In this document: positions 48,959 to 57,808 of the stretch, one piece after another
Position numbering within the stretch: position 1 is the first letter of the stretch
Layout: each line of letters starts with the position of its first letter
DNA from: an uncultured bacterium
GTDB taxonomy: Bacteria; Babelota; Babeliae; Babelales; Vermiphilaceae
Direction of reading: 5' to 3'
NCBI GenBank assembly: GCA_963713925.1
Contig: OY970212.1
Span: forward strand, 1,254,722 to 1,318,721
Length of the DNA stretch: 64,000 nt
Made by a program: the position numbers and the translations under genes
Notes under the pieces: model-generated
The model's input: only the letters and a program-made list of their open reading frames with translations
The model's database searches: none
Told to the model about the DNA's origin: nothing

Positions 48959-50487
48959 ATGAAAACCTATAAAATCGCATTTTTAAGCCTTTTAGGCCTT
49001 AATTTACCAGCTTTTGGTATGATCCAGATGGCAAAGCAAGAGATTGCCCGCCAGGCTATTCCTTTGGCTCAAGCTACTCAACGATTTGTGCAATCCCATG
49101 CAAAAAAATAGCAGTTGCGGCAGGAGCTTCAGCGGTATATGCAGCTCAAGATGATCTGCGGCTTTCAGCCCTCAATCAAGGTCAACAATGGCAAGAAAAA
49201 TATCCGGCAGCATTTCAAGCATGGATTACCAATCCATTATTAAAACGAATTCATTACAACAGCATTTCTCAATATTTGAATGAAAGCGATCGAACTACGC
49301 TCAAAAAACAAAAAATTGCACAAGCATTGGCTGCAAAGGGAATTCCTTTAAATTTTTCGCAAACCGAAGCCGCCTTAATCAAATTTGACAATCCAAGAGA
49401 TGGAAAAGACTCCATTAAACACATAATTAAAAATATTAAAAGCAAATCCTTGTGGCCATTTTTATTCCAAAATACTAAAACTTTAAATGCTATGTTCAAA
49501 TCTGAAAAAGATATGAATGCCAAAGGAAAAATCGTATTGTACCATGCGATCCCTCGCGCTCCTTATGCACTTAATTACATTAATACCCAACTATGTAAAT
49601 TGCAACTACAAGATTCTTTAAATCCCGATTATCTCATGTTAAGAAGCCCTTTGCATGTTAAAACATTAGACTGGAACGGGGCCTTTAAGAAACGGTTATA
49701 TGCACAATCAAAAGGAATAACCGAGAATCTGAGAGATGATGAAATAAGACAAATATTATTACATCAAAATTCTCACCATGATCATTCCACCATCAAAGGT
49801 CATATCACATCGCATCACAATGGATTGAAAGTCGAACTTCCAGCAGAGTTCTCCGAAAGCATTGCTCAATATTTAATATCGGTAAACCCTTCAATAATCG
49901 GCAATGTGGGCTTTTCTGTTGGAGAATGTTCATTAAACTATTGGATCAGTGGTCATTCGCAGATGAAAATTCCAATAACAGATGATAATATTAGGGTACT
50001 GTTCGAATCGAAAAAAATTCCAAACCACCTTTATGAAAAATATAAAGATCGAATCAAAGATTCTTATATACATTTTCGGGATTATGTCAGTGGTCCGAGT
50101 GGTGTTATGTTACAATTATCAATGACCCCAAGACTTCTTGATGAAACGACTTACCCATCATTTCCTGTTGGTTTTAAGAGAACTGTATTTCACAAAAAAC
50201 AAAATAATTCAATTGATTCTTCTTCGAAGATATTAGGTGAATTTGTAACCAACCCATTCAACCTTTCTCTTGACCGTCCCGGAAAAGAAATCGAGCATCC
50301 GGAAAAAATCAATACGCTTCAATTTCGTGTCATTGCTGATCAATCCAAGCTGCTCGATTACACCAACGAAGAAATGCGAGACAACTTTTCAACCAAAGCA
50401 TATATGTTAGATCAAGCAGGGTTGGAATCATTTCAAGCCGAAATCGATCAAATCATGAAAGAATTGGCAGAAGATATGAAAAAATAA
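48959..50487 (+). pseudogene. Secreted hypothetical protein split by a 1-nt frameshift at A7
   Basis: GGAGG RBS, ATG 48959, signal peptide, GCA AAA AAA TAG at 49100-49111. The -1 frame is open from there through ORF 49276..50487. Confidence 0.7.
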
Positions 50488-50544
50488 GACTTGCAAACAA
50501 ACTATAAAAAGCCCCACTTTTTTCAAAGCTTGTCATTACCCAAA

Positions 50545-50718
50545 ATTTAGATAAGCTCCTAACATTCAAAAAAAGATGAATGTTAGGAGCTTATCTAAAT
50601 GCATGAAGAACTAGAAAAATGGGTAAATGAGCAGTGGGGAGATTGCGATTTGGGTGATAATCGTAGAAATAAACGGACAGTAAAAATAGCTCAAAGCATA
50701 ATAAAATGGATAATTTGA
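50545..50718 (+). pseudogene. IS4-family (IS50/Tn5-like) transposase N-terminal remnant preceded by a perfect 24-bp inverted repeat
   Basis: 50599-50718 encodes MHEELEKWVNEQWGDCDLGDNRRNKRTVKIA, matching the W...LGD.R...R start of IS50-like transposases. Confidence 0.65.
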
Positions 50719-50754
50719 GTTGGTTCATATATTAACCTCTATTAATTAAAATGC

Positions 50755-51516
50755 TTACATGCAACCATCAATAGCTTTGACAAAAGCTTTAACTCCAACA
50801 CTTATTAAAGGGCGGACTATTAAGTTTGCAATATTACACAGCTCCAATATTGCTGCAATTTTGCTTAAAGACTTTTCTGAAATATATTTTGCAGTATTGA
50901 CACCAAGGCTATTGAAAATTCTATAACCATCTAATCCCTTACAAGGAAGTAAGTTTAATGCATTCCATATTATATAAGAATTATTTATGTTTTTTAAATA
51001 ATATGGTTTTGGCGATAGATATTTAATTAAAAAGCCAGCGGCCATTCCAAACAGTGGTCCAGCTAAAACAGAAGTTACATCGCGATTTGATGAGACATCC
51101 CAGTCTGAAGGAATGGTGACACTACCAGATGATGGTTTAAAATTTACATGTAAACTAGGAAAGGTCGCAACTCCGCCATTTTTTACTAATTTTTCTTTTA
51201 CTGTATTTAAAATTTCATTTTCATTGGTTTGATCATTTACATTTATAACAATATGAGCTTGAGCATTATTTAAGTAATAATTAAGTAAAGCATGGCCATA
51301 CTCATGAGCAGTACAAGTAATCATATGAGTCGCATATAAAATTGCCAAATCATGAGCAATTTTAAAGGAAGTTTTTACCACATCATTAGATCTGATTTTT
51401 TCTAAAATGGATTTGTTTTGCTCAGCGACTGGAAGCTTTTCAGAGTTTTCTGCAGAGTGAATCTGCTGAAAACCAAGCCCTATAAAAAGTAAGGCAAAAA
51501 ATATTGATTTTTTCAT
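50755..51516 (-). CDS. M50/site-2-protease-like zinc metallopeptidase
   Basis: HEYGH, LAGP and NLLPCKGLDG motifs. Confidence 0.8.
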   Translation of the reverse strand: MKKSIFFALLFIGLGFQQIHSAENSEKLPVAEQNKSILEKIRSNDVVKTSFKIAHDLAILYATHMITCTAHEYGHALLNYYLNNAQAHIVINVNDQTNENEILNTVKEKLVKNGGVATFPSLHVNFKPSSGSVTIPSDWDVSSNRDVTSVLAGPLFGMAAGFLIKYLSPKPYYLKNINNSYIIWNALNLLPCKGLDGYRIFNSLGVNTAKYISEKSLSKIAAILELCNIANLIVRPLISVGVKAFVKAIDGCM

Positions 51517-51844
51517 AATTTTCCTCCATTTTATCTATGTTTATAGGCTATCATTATATTTTCTATCTGTCAAAATGGGGCGACCGTTCCCACCTGGGAA
51601 CCGGAATACTGGTTACTTTTTATAATCTTGCTTATATTGATCACTGAAAAAATACTTTCCTTGCAAATCCCTATAAATTGCATATACTCAACGCAAAATT
51701 GATACTTTTGCATCCAGGAGAAAGCAATGACAGTCTTATATCATCTACATGCGCAACGAGCTTTTACAAGTTCATGTCTGTGCACCAGTTTACGTAATCA
51801 GTAAACTTACCTAACCAATCCACGATATTTTATTTTGATCATTC

Positions 51845-52138
51845 TTGATGTACGTAGTACGTCAATTCTTTAAGGTATGTATGAAGTTGAAAAAACTTTC
51901 TAATGCCCCACCACCTCCTATGGTGTTCTCGAACGAAGAACATAAACGGGTTGTTGCTGTGTTTGCCATCTTGATAGAAATTGATAGAAGGTTGAACATC
52001 ACCGGCAAAAAAGCTAAAAAAGAAAAAGCAAAATTAGAAGGACAATCCTATGACTCACAAACAATAGGCTCACTCACGCCCCGATATTTTAACAGGCCAG
52101 GCTTCAAGCTTTCACCTTGTATAGTCACTTATCATTGA
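51845..52138 (+). CDS. Small protein homologous to element gene 62464..62661
   Basis: E..RVV..F.ILIEIDRRLNIT versus E..RAV.F..LLAKIDRRLNVT. Confidence 0.6.
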   Translation: MMYVVRQFFKVCMKLKKLSNAPPPPMVFSNEEHKRVVAVFAILIEIDRRLNITGKKAKKEKAKLEGQSYDSQTIGSLTPRYFNRPGFKLSPCIVTYH

Positions 52139-52164
52139 TTATGGTACTATTTTATGGTACTATT
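52135..52164 (+). promoter_or_regulatory. hicAB promoter with overlapping direct repeat (probable operator)
   Basis: TTGATT-17 nt-TACTAT with TG extension; ATGGTACTATT twice (52141 and 52154). Confidence 0.65.
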
Positions 52165-52192
52165 ATTAAATAAAATAACTTGCGGGTAGTAT

Positions 52193-52456
52193 ATGAATGC
52201 AAAACAGCGTAAAACACTCAAGCAAATATTCAAGGTTCCTGTACCGTCAGATGTCAGTTGGAGAGATATAGAAACGCTCTTTGAAGGGTTTGGCGGTATG
52301 ATAACAGAGGGAAGCGGCTCACGAGTTCGTGTTGAATTACATGGAGTGAAGGCCGTATTTCATCGACCTCATCCAAAAAAGGTGACCGATAAAGGAGCGC
52401 TTGTATCAGTGCGTAAGTTTTTAATCAATGCGGGGATCAACGATGCTGAAATATAA
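52193..52456 (+). CDS. hicA: HicA-family toxin
   Basis: W.DIE.LF...G..I.EGSGSRV....G....FHRPHP. Confidence 0.92.
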   Translation: MNAKQRKTLKQIFKVPVPSDVSWRDIETLFEGFGGMITEGSGSRVRVELHGVKAVFHRPHPKKVTDKGALVSVRKFLINAGINDAEI

Positions 52457-52757
52457 AGGATATATTGGACACGCTTCATATGATGATGAAGCAAAGACTT
52501 TTCACGGTGAAGTTATTGGCCTGAAAGACGTCATCACCTTTCAAGGCACGACAGTTAAGGCTATTGAAAAAGCCTTCAAAGATTCCATCGACGACTATCT
52601 TGAATGGTGCAAGGAGCGTGGAGAAAAACCTGAGAAAACGTTCTCAGGCAAATTAAACTTAAGAATGAGCGCAGATCTACATGCACACCTCGCTCTTGAA
52701 GCCGAAAAAAAAGGCATAAGTCTCAACGAACTAATCAATCAAAAGCTCAGTAAATAA
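52443..52757 (+). CDS. hicB: HicB-family antitoxin
   Basis: LKYKGY, FHGEVIGLKDVITFQG, FSGKLNLRM...H..L..EA...GISLN. Confidence 0.92.
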   Translation: MLKYKGYIGHASYDDEAKTFHGEVIGLKDVITFQGTTVKAIEKAFKDSIDDYLEWCKERGEKPEKTFSGKLNLRMSADLHAHLALEAEKKGISLNELINQKLSK

Positions 52758-52793
52758 AACAAGCTTTTGCCCATCATATAAGAAGCATTTCTT

Positions 52794-53101
52794 ATGCACA
52801 AAAGAACATTTAGAACATATGAAGAAAAGCTCATGGAAGATCTACAAGATTCCGAGCTTGCTATCGCATATCTTAATGAAGCTCTCATGGATGAAGATCC
52901 GCGGGTATTTTTATTGGCGCTCAAAGATGTATGCGCCGCTCAAGATATTGATATGGCGGAGCTTGCAAAAAAACTGACTTGAGCAGAGAGAATCTGTATC
53001 GCATATTATCTCCCAGAGGAAATCCTAAATTAAACAGCATTATAGCTCTTTTAAATGCAGTCGGATTTTCATTGGCTGTTCAGCCGGGAATGAAAAAATA
53101 G
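52794..53101 (+). pseudogene. Addiction-module antidote HTH protein, frameshifted at A7
   Basis: ...AYLNEAL...DMAELAKK, then the -1 frame gives TDLSRENLYRILSPRGNPKL...MKK*; A7 at 52967-52973. Confidence 0.8.
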
Positions 53102-53232
53102 AGCGGTCTTTTTTGCATATTAAAACTTTTCAATAATGGGCTTGTTATTATTTTAGATTCCTTTGGCTGCGATTTTTGCAGTCCAAATAAATCGCACATT
53201 TTTCATATTTATTCAAAAAACACGCTTTTTCC

Positions 53233-53261
53233 TTGACAAAAAGGACCTGAATCTATACATT
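53233..53261 (+). promoter_or_regulatory. Sigma70 promoter of the tRNA pair
   Basis: TTGACA-17 nt-TACATT upstream of tRNA-Lys. Confidence 0.6.
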
Positions 53262-53318
53262 TTTGTAGTGATTCAAGCATGAATCGCTTTTTTCTCTTTT
53301 GAAATCTAAAAATTGCGT

Positions 53319-53394
53319 GAGCCGCTAGCTCAGTCGGTAGAGCAACAGCCTTTTAAGCTGTGGGTCGTTGGTTCGATTCCAACGCGGCTCACCA
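53319..53394 (+). tRNA. tRNA-Lys(TTT)
   Basis: Cloverleaf: GAGCCGC/GCGGCTC acceptor, ACAGC-CTTTTAA-GCTGT anticodon arm, GTTCGATTC, encoded CCA. Confidence 0.97.
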
Positions 53395-53499
53395 TACTTC
53401 GCTCCTCTGTGAGCTACGTATGGCAGGCCAGTCTTCATTACATTGCCCAAGCAAAAACTGCTTGCAATCCGATAAAGTTAAGGCCTTTTTAAATTATGC

Positions 53500-53574
53500 G
53501 TCCCCATCGTCTAACGGTTAGGACATCGCCCTTTCACGGCGGTAATAGGAGTTCGATTCTCCTTGGGGACGCCA
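53500..53574 (+). tRNA. tRNA-Glu(TTC), integration target
   Basis: GTCCCCA/TGGGGAC acceptor, TCGCC-CTTTCAC-GGCGG anticodon arm, GTTCGATTC, encoded CCA. Confidence 0.97.
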
Positions 53575-55020
53575 ATCTATACAATCAGCGTTTTTTAATA
53601 GCATATCAAATGGCTTTTGTGCCTCGTAGACGATATTCCCAGCGTCGACCCTTAGGTTCGATAGTACCAAGTTTATCAATTGTCGTTTTTCCTCAACTTC
53701 AGAACCCATGAATAATTCGTAGGCGTTTTGACACAAAGCAAGCGTATATGCTGCCGTTGAGTAGTAATCGTCCTGTGCTTTATCAAGTCTATCGAGGCGG
53801 CTTTTAACCTCGTTAAGCTCATCCCTCAAGCGTTGGTAAAATTTGTCGTAGTCGCTGTCAGTAATACTCCCTTTGAGCTTATCAAGATAAAGATTATCCA
53901 TCATGAGAGTGATGTTTTTTTGTTCTTTCGTGAGTTTGTCAAACTGTTGGTTATGGAATTCTACCTTATACCGATGAACTTCGCTAAGTGTTTGAATTGT
54001 CTGCCGCATGATATCATCAGGCATTTGCAGCCGCTTAAAAGCTTGTCCCAATTGATCGGTAATAGTTTCTTCGCGCAACCATTTTGCGCCATGCTTGCCA
54101 TTATATTGCGTGCAATGATAATAAACATGCCCTTTATGCTTTTCAGGAGTTATGGCAAGTCCGCATTCCGCACAACGCAATAAGCCTCGATAAATGTATG
54201 GCTTTCCCGCATATTTATATTTTTGCTTTTTGTTAAATCGCGCTTTTGTTTGCTGCACGCGATCAAACATATCTTTGCTGATCAATGGCAGATACTTGTG
54301 GGGATGCAATATGCCATTCCATTCCATATTGCCGTAATAAAAATGATTGTTGAACACTTTATCCAAAAACGCTGCCGTCCATTGGAGACCGTAATCATCC
54401 TTTAATTTTTGGCATAACAGATTCAGAGAGTATGCGCCCGTTGCATACAATTCGAAAGCCTTTTGCACAATCCGTGATTCATATTCAGCGACGACTATTT
54501 CTTTCTTTTCATCTTGCGTGACATTTTTATAACCATATGGAGCTTTGGCAGGCCATTCGCCTCTACGCAATTTTTGTTCTATCGCTCGTTTTACGTTATC
54601 GCTAATGGCGTCTGAAAAATATTTTGCCAATCCAAGACTGATGCTGAACTGAAATTTTTGTGCTGCCGATATTCGGCTATTGAGCACTTGCCCATCATTA
54701 ACGAAATGCAATTCAATGTCATCGTTGAGAGCTTTTTCATATAAAAGGGATATGCGCCTATCAAACACATTACGAGACAGCCGATCGACCTTATCAAAGC
54801 AAACTACAATCTTTTCTTCATGCGCAAGCACAAAATCAAGAATACGTTCAAACTCTTCCCGCTGATTCTTGTACGCACTTTCATCAAAACTGAATGTCTT
54901 TGATATCTGAAACCCTTTGTTGTGACAGTATTTTTCAAGGCGAGCAACCTGTGCGGGCAGAGAATTACCCATTTCTTTTTGCTCTTCAGTGCTCACTCTG
55001 GCTATAAGGATTGCTTTCAT
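53518..55020 (-). CDS. Large serine recombinase (integrated-state allele, 3' end antisense to tRNA-Glu)
   Basis: ARVSTEEQ catalytic Ser, DKVDRLSR, APYGY recombinase domain, CAECG...YYHC zinc ribbon, coiled coil. Confidence 0.95.
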   Translation of the reverse strand: MKAILIARVSTEEQKEMGNSLPAQVARLEKYCHNKGFQISKTFSFDESAYKNQREEFERILDFVLAHEEKIVVCFDKVDRLSRNVFDRRISLLYEKALNDDIELHFVNDGQVLNSRISAAQKFQFSISLGLAKYFSDAISDNVKRAIEQKLRRGEWPAKAPYGYKNVTQDEKKEIVVAEYESRIVQKAFELYATGAYSLNLLCQKLKDDYGLQWTAAFLDKVFNNHFYYGNMEWNGILHPHKYLPLISKDMFDRVQQTKARFNKKQKYKYAGKPYIYRGLLRCAECGLAITPEKHKGHVYYHCTQYNGKHGAKWLREETITDQLGQAFKRLQMPDDIMRQTIQTLSEVHRYKVEFHNQQFDKLTKEQKNITLMMDNLYLDKLKGSITDSDYDKFYQRLRDELNEVKSRLDRLDKAQDDYYSTAAYTLALCQNAYELFMGSEVEEKRQLINLVLSNLRVDAGNIVYEAQKPFDMLLKNADCIDWRPQGESNSYYRRERAMS

Positions 55021-55221
55021 AGGTGACGGACTTACCTCTTTAATGAGTTACAACTTCTGGTATTTCTTTATTTTACCATGGATAAAAGAGGTTCTAAAGG
55101 TAAAAAACACATAAAAAGATCGTTTTTGATAATAACGATCTTTTCTAATAGAAAACCCAATCTGACATAGTTTATCTCACGCCATTTGTTAATTTTGTCA
55201 AATTGTATAAAATATATGTAA

Positions 55222-57807
55222 ATGGACCTTATAAATCAAATGGTGGTTATTATGCCAAATCGGACTGCAGGAGCATCGGCTCGCGACGGTAAGGAAGTAC
55301 AATCTCGTATTAAGATAGATCTGCTCTTGGCCGATGCCGGTTGGAAATTACAGGAAGACTCATCAGGCAAAGCAAATGTTGTGCTTGAAGCACGCGTTAG
55401 GTTTTCTCACAAAGATGCCGGACGTGGTTTTGTCGACTATTTATTGCTCGATAAGGATCGACGTCCGCTTATTGTGCTTGAGGCCAAAAGAGAAGGTATT
55501 GACCCATTATCCGCAAAAGAACAAGCTCGCGAATATGCCCGAGAACTGAGCGCACCATTTATTATTCTTTCTAATGGAAATCTCCACTATCTTTGGGATC
55601 TCAGGGTAGGTAATCCTGAACTAATTTCAAGGTTTCCTTCTCCGGCATCAATTTCTCAATATAAAACACTCAACCCGAATAGTAATCTGCTGGTCTCATC
55701 CTGTATTGATGAAACCTATGTTATGCAGTCCCAAATGCCTGAATTTATACGTGATCCCGCTTATAATAATGCATTGACTCGGGATGAATTTATAAAAAAG
55801 CATGAGTTAAAAAGGCTTTATCCCTACCAAGTAAATGCTATCAAGGCTCTTCAGAAGGCAGTCAAATTCGAAAAAAATAGATTTTTATTTGAAATGGCAA
55901 CCGGTACAGGTAAAACCCTGGTATCTTCAGCTGTAATCAAACTCTTTCTAAAATCAGGCAACGCTCGTAGGATACTGTTTCTTGTAGACAGAATTGAACT
56001 TGAAGATCAGGCACAAAAAGCATTCACAAAATATCTCGGTCGCGATTACAGATCAGTAATATACAAAGAAAATCGTGATTCTTGGGCTAATGCCGAAATA
56101 GTTGTTACCACAATCCAAACATTGCTCGCCGGCGATAGATATAGAAAAGAATTTTCTCCGACCGATTTCCAATTAATAATATCTGATGAAGCCCATAGAT
56201 GCATCGGTGGAAACAGTAGAGCCGTATTTGAATATTTTCTCGGCCACAAACTCGGATTGACCGCTACACCGAGAAATTATCTCAAAGGGTTTGATACGCA
56301 AGCTTCAAATAGCCAACGCGATTATGAAAGAAGATTGCTTTTAGATACCTACAAAACATTCGGTTGCGAATCAGGAACGCCGACATTCTGCTATGATCTT
56401 ATTACAGGCGCACAAGAAGGTTATCTGATCCAGCCGATTGTAGTCGATGCCAGGACCGAGATCACTGCAGAATTACTATCTCAGAAAGGATACGCGGTCA
56501 CTGCAACGGCGCAAAACGGCGAAATCGTCAGCGATGTTTTTAAAGCTCGTGACTATGAAAGAACCTTATTCAATGAAGAGACCAATCGGGCAATGTGCCA
56601 AGCATTTCTCAATGCCGGTCTTTTTGATCCCATTGCGCAATCATATGGGCTCCCATTATTCGGTAAATCAATCGTATTTTGTGTCAGCCAAAACCATGCA
56701 GCACGTGTCACCAATATCCTTAACAAGTTGGCATCAACAAAATGGCCTGAATATTATCGCAATTCAGATTTCGCACAACAGGTAACATCTTTAACCAAAA
56801 ATGCTCAACAAAATACCATCGATTTTTCTAACAACAGATTGAACGGAACTTTCAATCACCTCGAAGGGTATAAAACGAGTAAAACTCGTGTCGTAGTGAC
56901 TGTTGGCATGATGACAACAGGTTATGATTGTACAGATCTTCTGAATATAGCATTGATGAGACCGGTGTTCAGCCCGTCAGATTTTATTCAAATGAAGGGT
57001 CGAGGAACGAGAAAAAATCTTTTTGAATCTATCGACAATGATAGACAATCCGTAACCATCCCCAAAAAGCAATTCAAACTCTTCGACTTCTTTGCTTCTT
57101 GTGAATATTTTGAACATGAACATCTCTATGATGAACAAATCAAGTTGCCTGCTTTTGGAAAAAAGTTGGAGAATGATGATTTTGCAGAAAATATAGTAAC
57201 CGATGGTGAAGATAAAACTAAATTCAACACTCCTATCGATATTAAAATGCCCGATGCTATCAGTTCGTTTTCTGAAAAGAAAATCGGCACTGAAGGCATG
57301 CGCATCGATCGAGAAAGCTTCAAAAAAGCAATCGAAGCAGATATTAAAGGCAATGAAACTTTAAAATCCCTTTGGGTCGATGGCGATATTGACGCAGCTA
57401 AAGACTTTGTCGAAAAAGAAATTTTTAACCGGCCAAAGTATTGTCTTAACTTAGATAAAATTCGTAGCCTTTTTAAAGTTGATCGCCGTATTAACACCAA
57501 AGAAGTTTTAGAAATGGCGTTTGAAGGAAGAGAGACATTCGAAAGCAAAGACGAATTATTGGATGCAGAATTTAGCAAGTTTGTTTCCATAAACAAAATA
57601 GACCAAGATCAATATGACGCAGCAAAAAACTTCTTTAAAGCATATGCAACCGATCAAGAAGTGAGGGACATCATCCAGCGCAATAAGCCGGCAGAATTTT
57701 TCAATTGTCTGTCCTTCGATTTTGAAGAGTACAAAAAACTTAAACAGCATAAAACGATTATACCGCAATATATTCGTGATTATGCTCAAAATCTGATGGA
57801 TTTGTAG
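55222..57807 (+). CDS. hsdR: Type I restriction endonuclease subunit R (EcoEI-like)
   Basis: VDYLL...VLEAK nuclease, MATGTGKT, DEAH, GLTAT, MMTTGYD, QMKGRGTR. Confidence 0.92.
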   Translation: MDLINQMVVIMPNRTAGASARDGKEVQSRIKIDLLLADAGWKLQEDSSGKANVVLEARVRFSHKDAGRGFVDYLLLDKDRRPLIVLEAKREGIDPLSAKEQAREYARELSAPFIILSNGNLHYLWDLRVGNPELISRFPSPASISQYKTLNPNSNLLVSSCIDETYVMQSQMPEFIRDPAYNNALTRDEFIKKHELKRLYPYQVNAIKALQKAVKFEKNRFLFEMATGTGKTLVSSAVIKLFLKSGNARRILFLVDRIELEDQAQKAFTKYLGRDYRSVIYKENRDSWANAEIVVTTIQTLLAGDRYRKEFSPTDFQLIISDEAHRCIGGNSRAVFEYFLGHKLGLTATPRNYLKGFDTQASNSQRDYERRLLLDTYKTFGCESGTPTFCYDLITGAQEGYLIQPIVVDARTEITAELLSQKGYAVTATAQNGEIVSDVFKARDYERTLFNEETNRAMCQAFLNAGLFDPIAQSYGLPLFGKSIVFCVSQNHAARVTNILNKLASTKWPEYYRNSDFAQQVTSLTKNAQQNTIDFSNNRLNGTFNHLEGYKTSKTRVVVTVGMMTTGYDCTDLLNIALMRPVFSPSDFIQMKGRGTRKNLFESIDNDRQSVTIPKKQFKLFDFFASCEYFEHEHLYDEQIKLPAFGKKLENDDFAENIVTDGEDKTKFNTPIDIKMPDAISSFSEKKIGTEGMRIDRESFKKAIEADIKGNETLKSLWVDGDIDAAKDFVEKEIFNRPKYCLNLDKIRSLFKVDRRINTKEVLEMAFEGRETFESKDELLDAEFSKFVSINKIDQDQYDAAKNFFKAYATDQEVRDIIQRNKPAEFFNCLSFDFEEYKKLKQHKTIIPQYIRDYAQNLMDL

Positions 57808-57808
57808 C

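Noticed and set aside
53496..53711. 71-aa + strand ORF
   Set aside because: It is a translation of tRNA-Glu plus antisense integrase.
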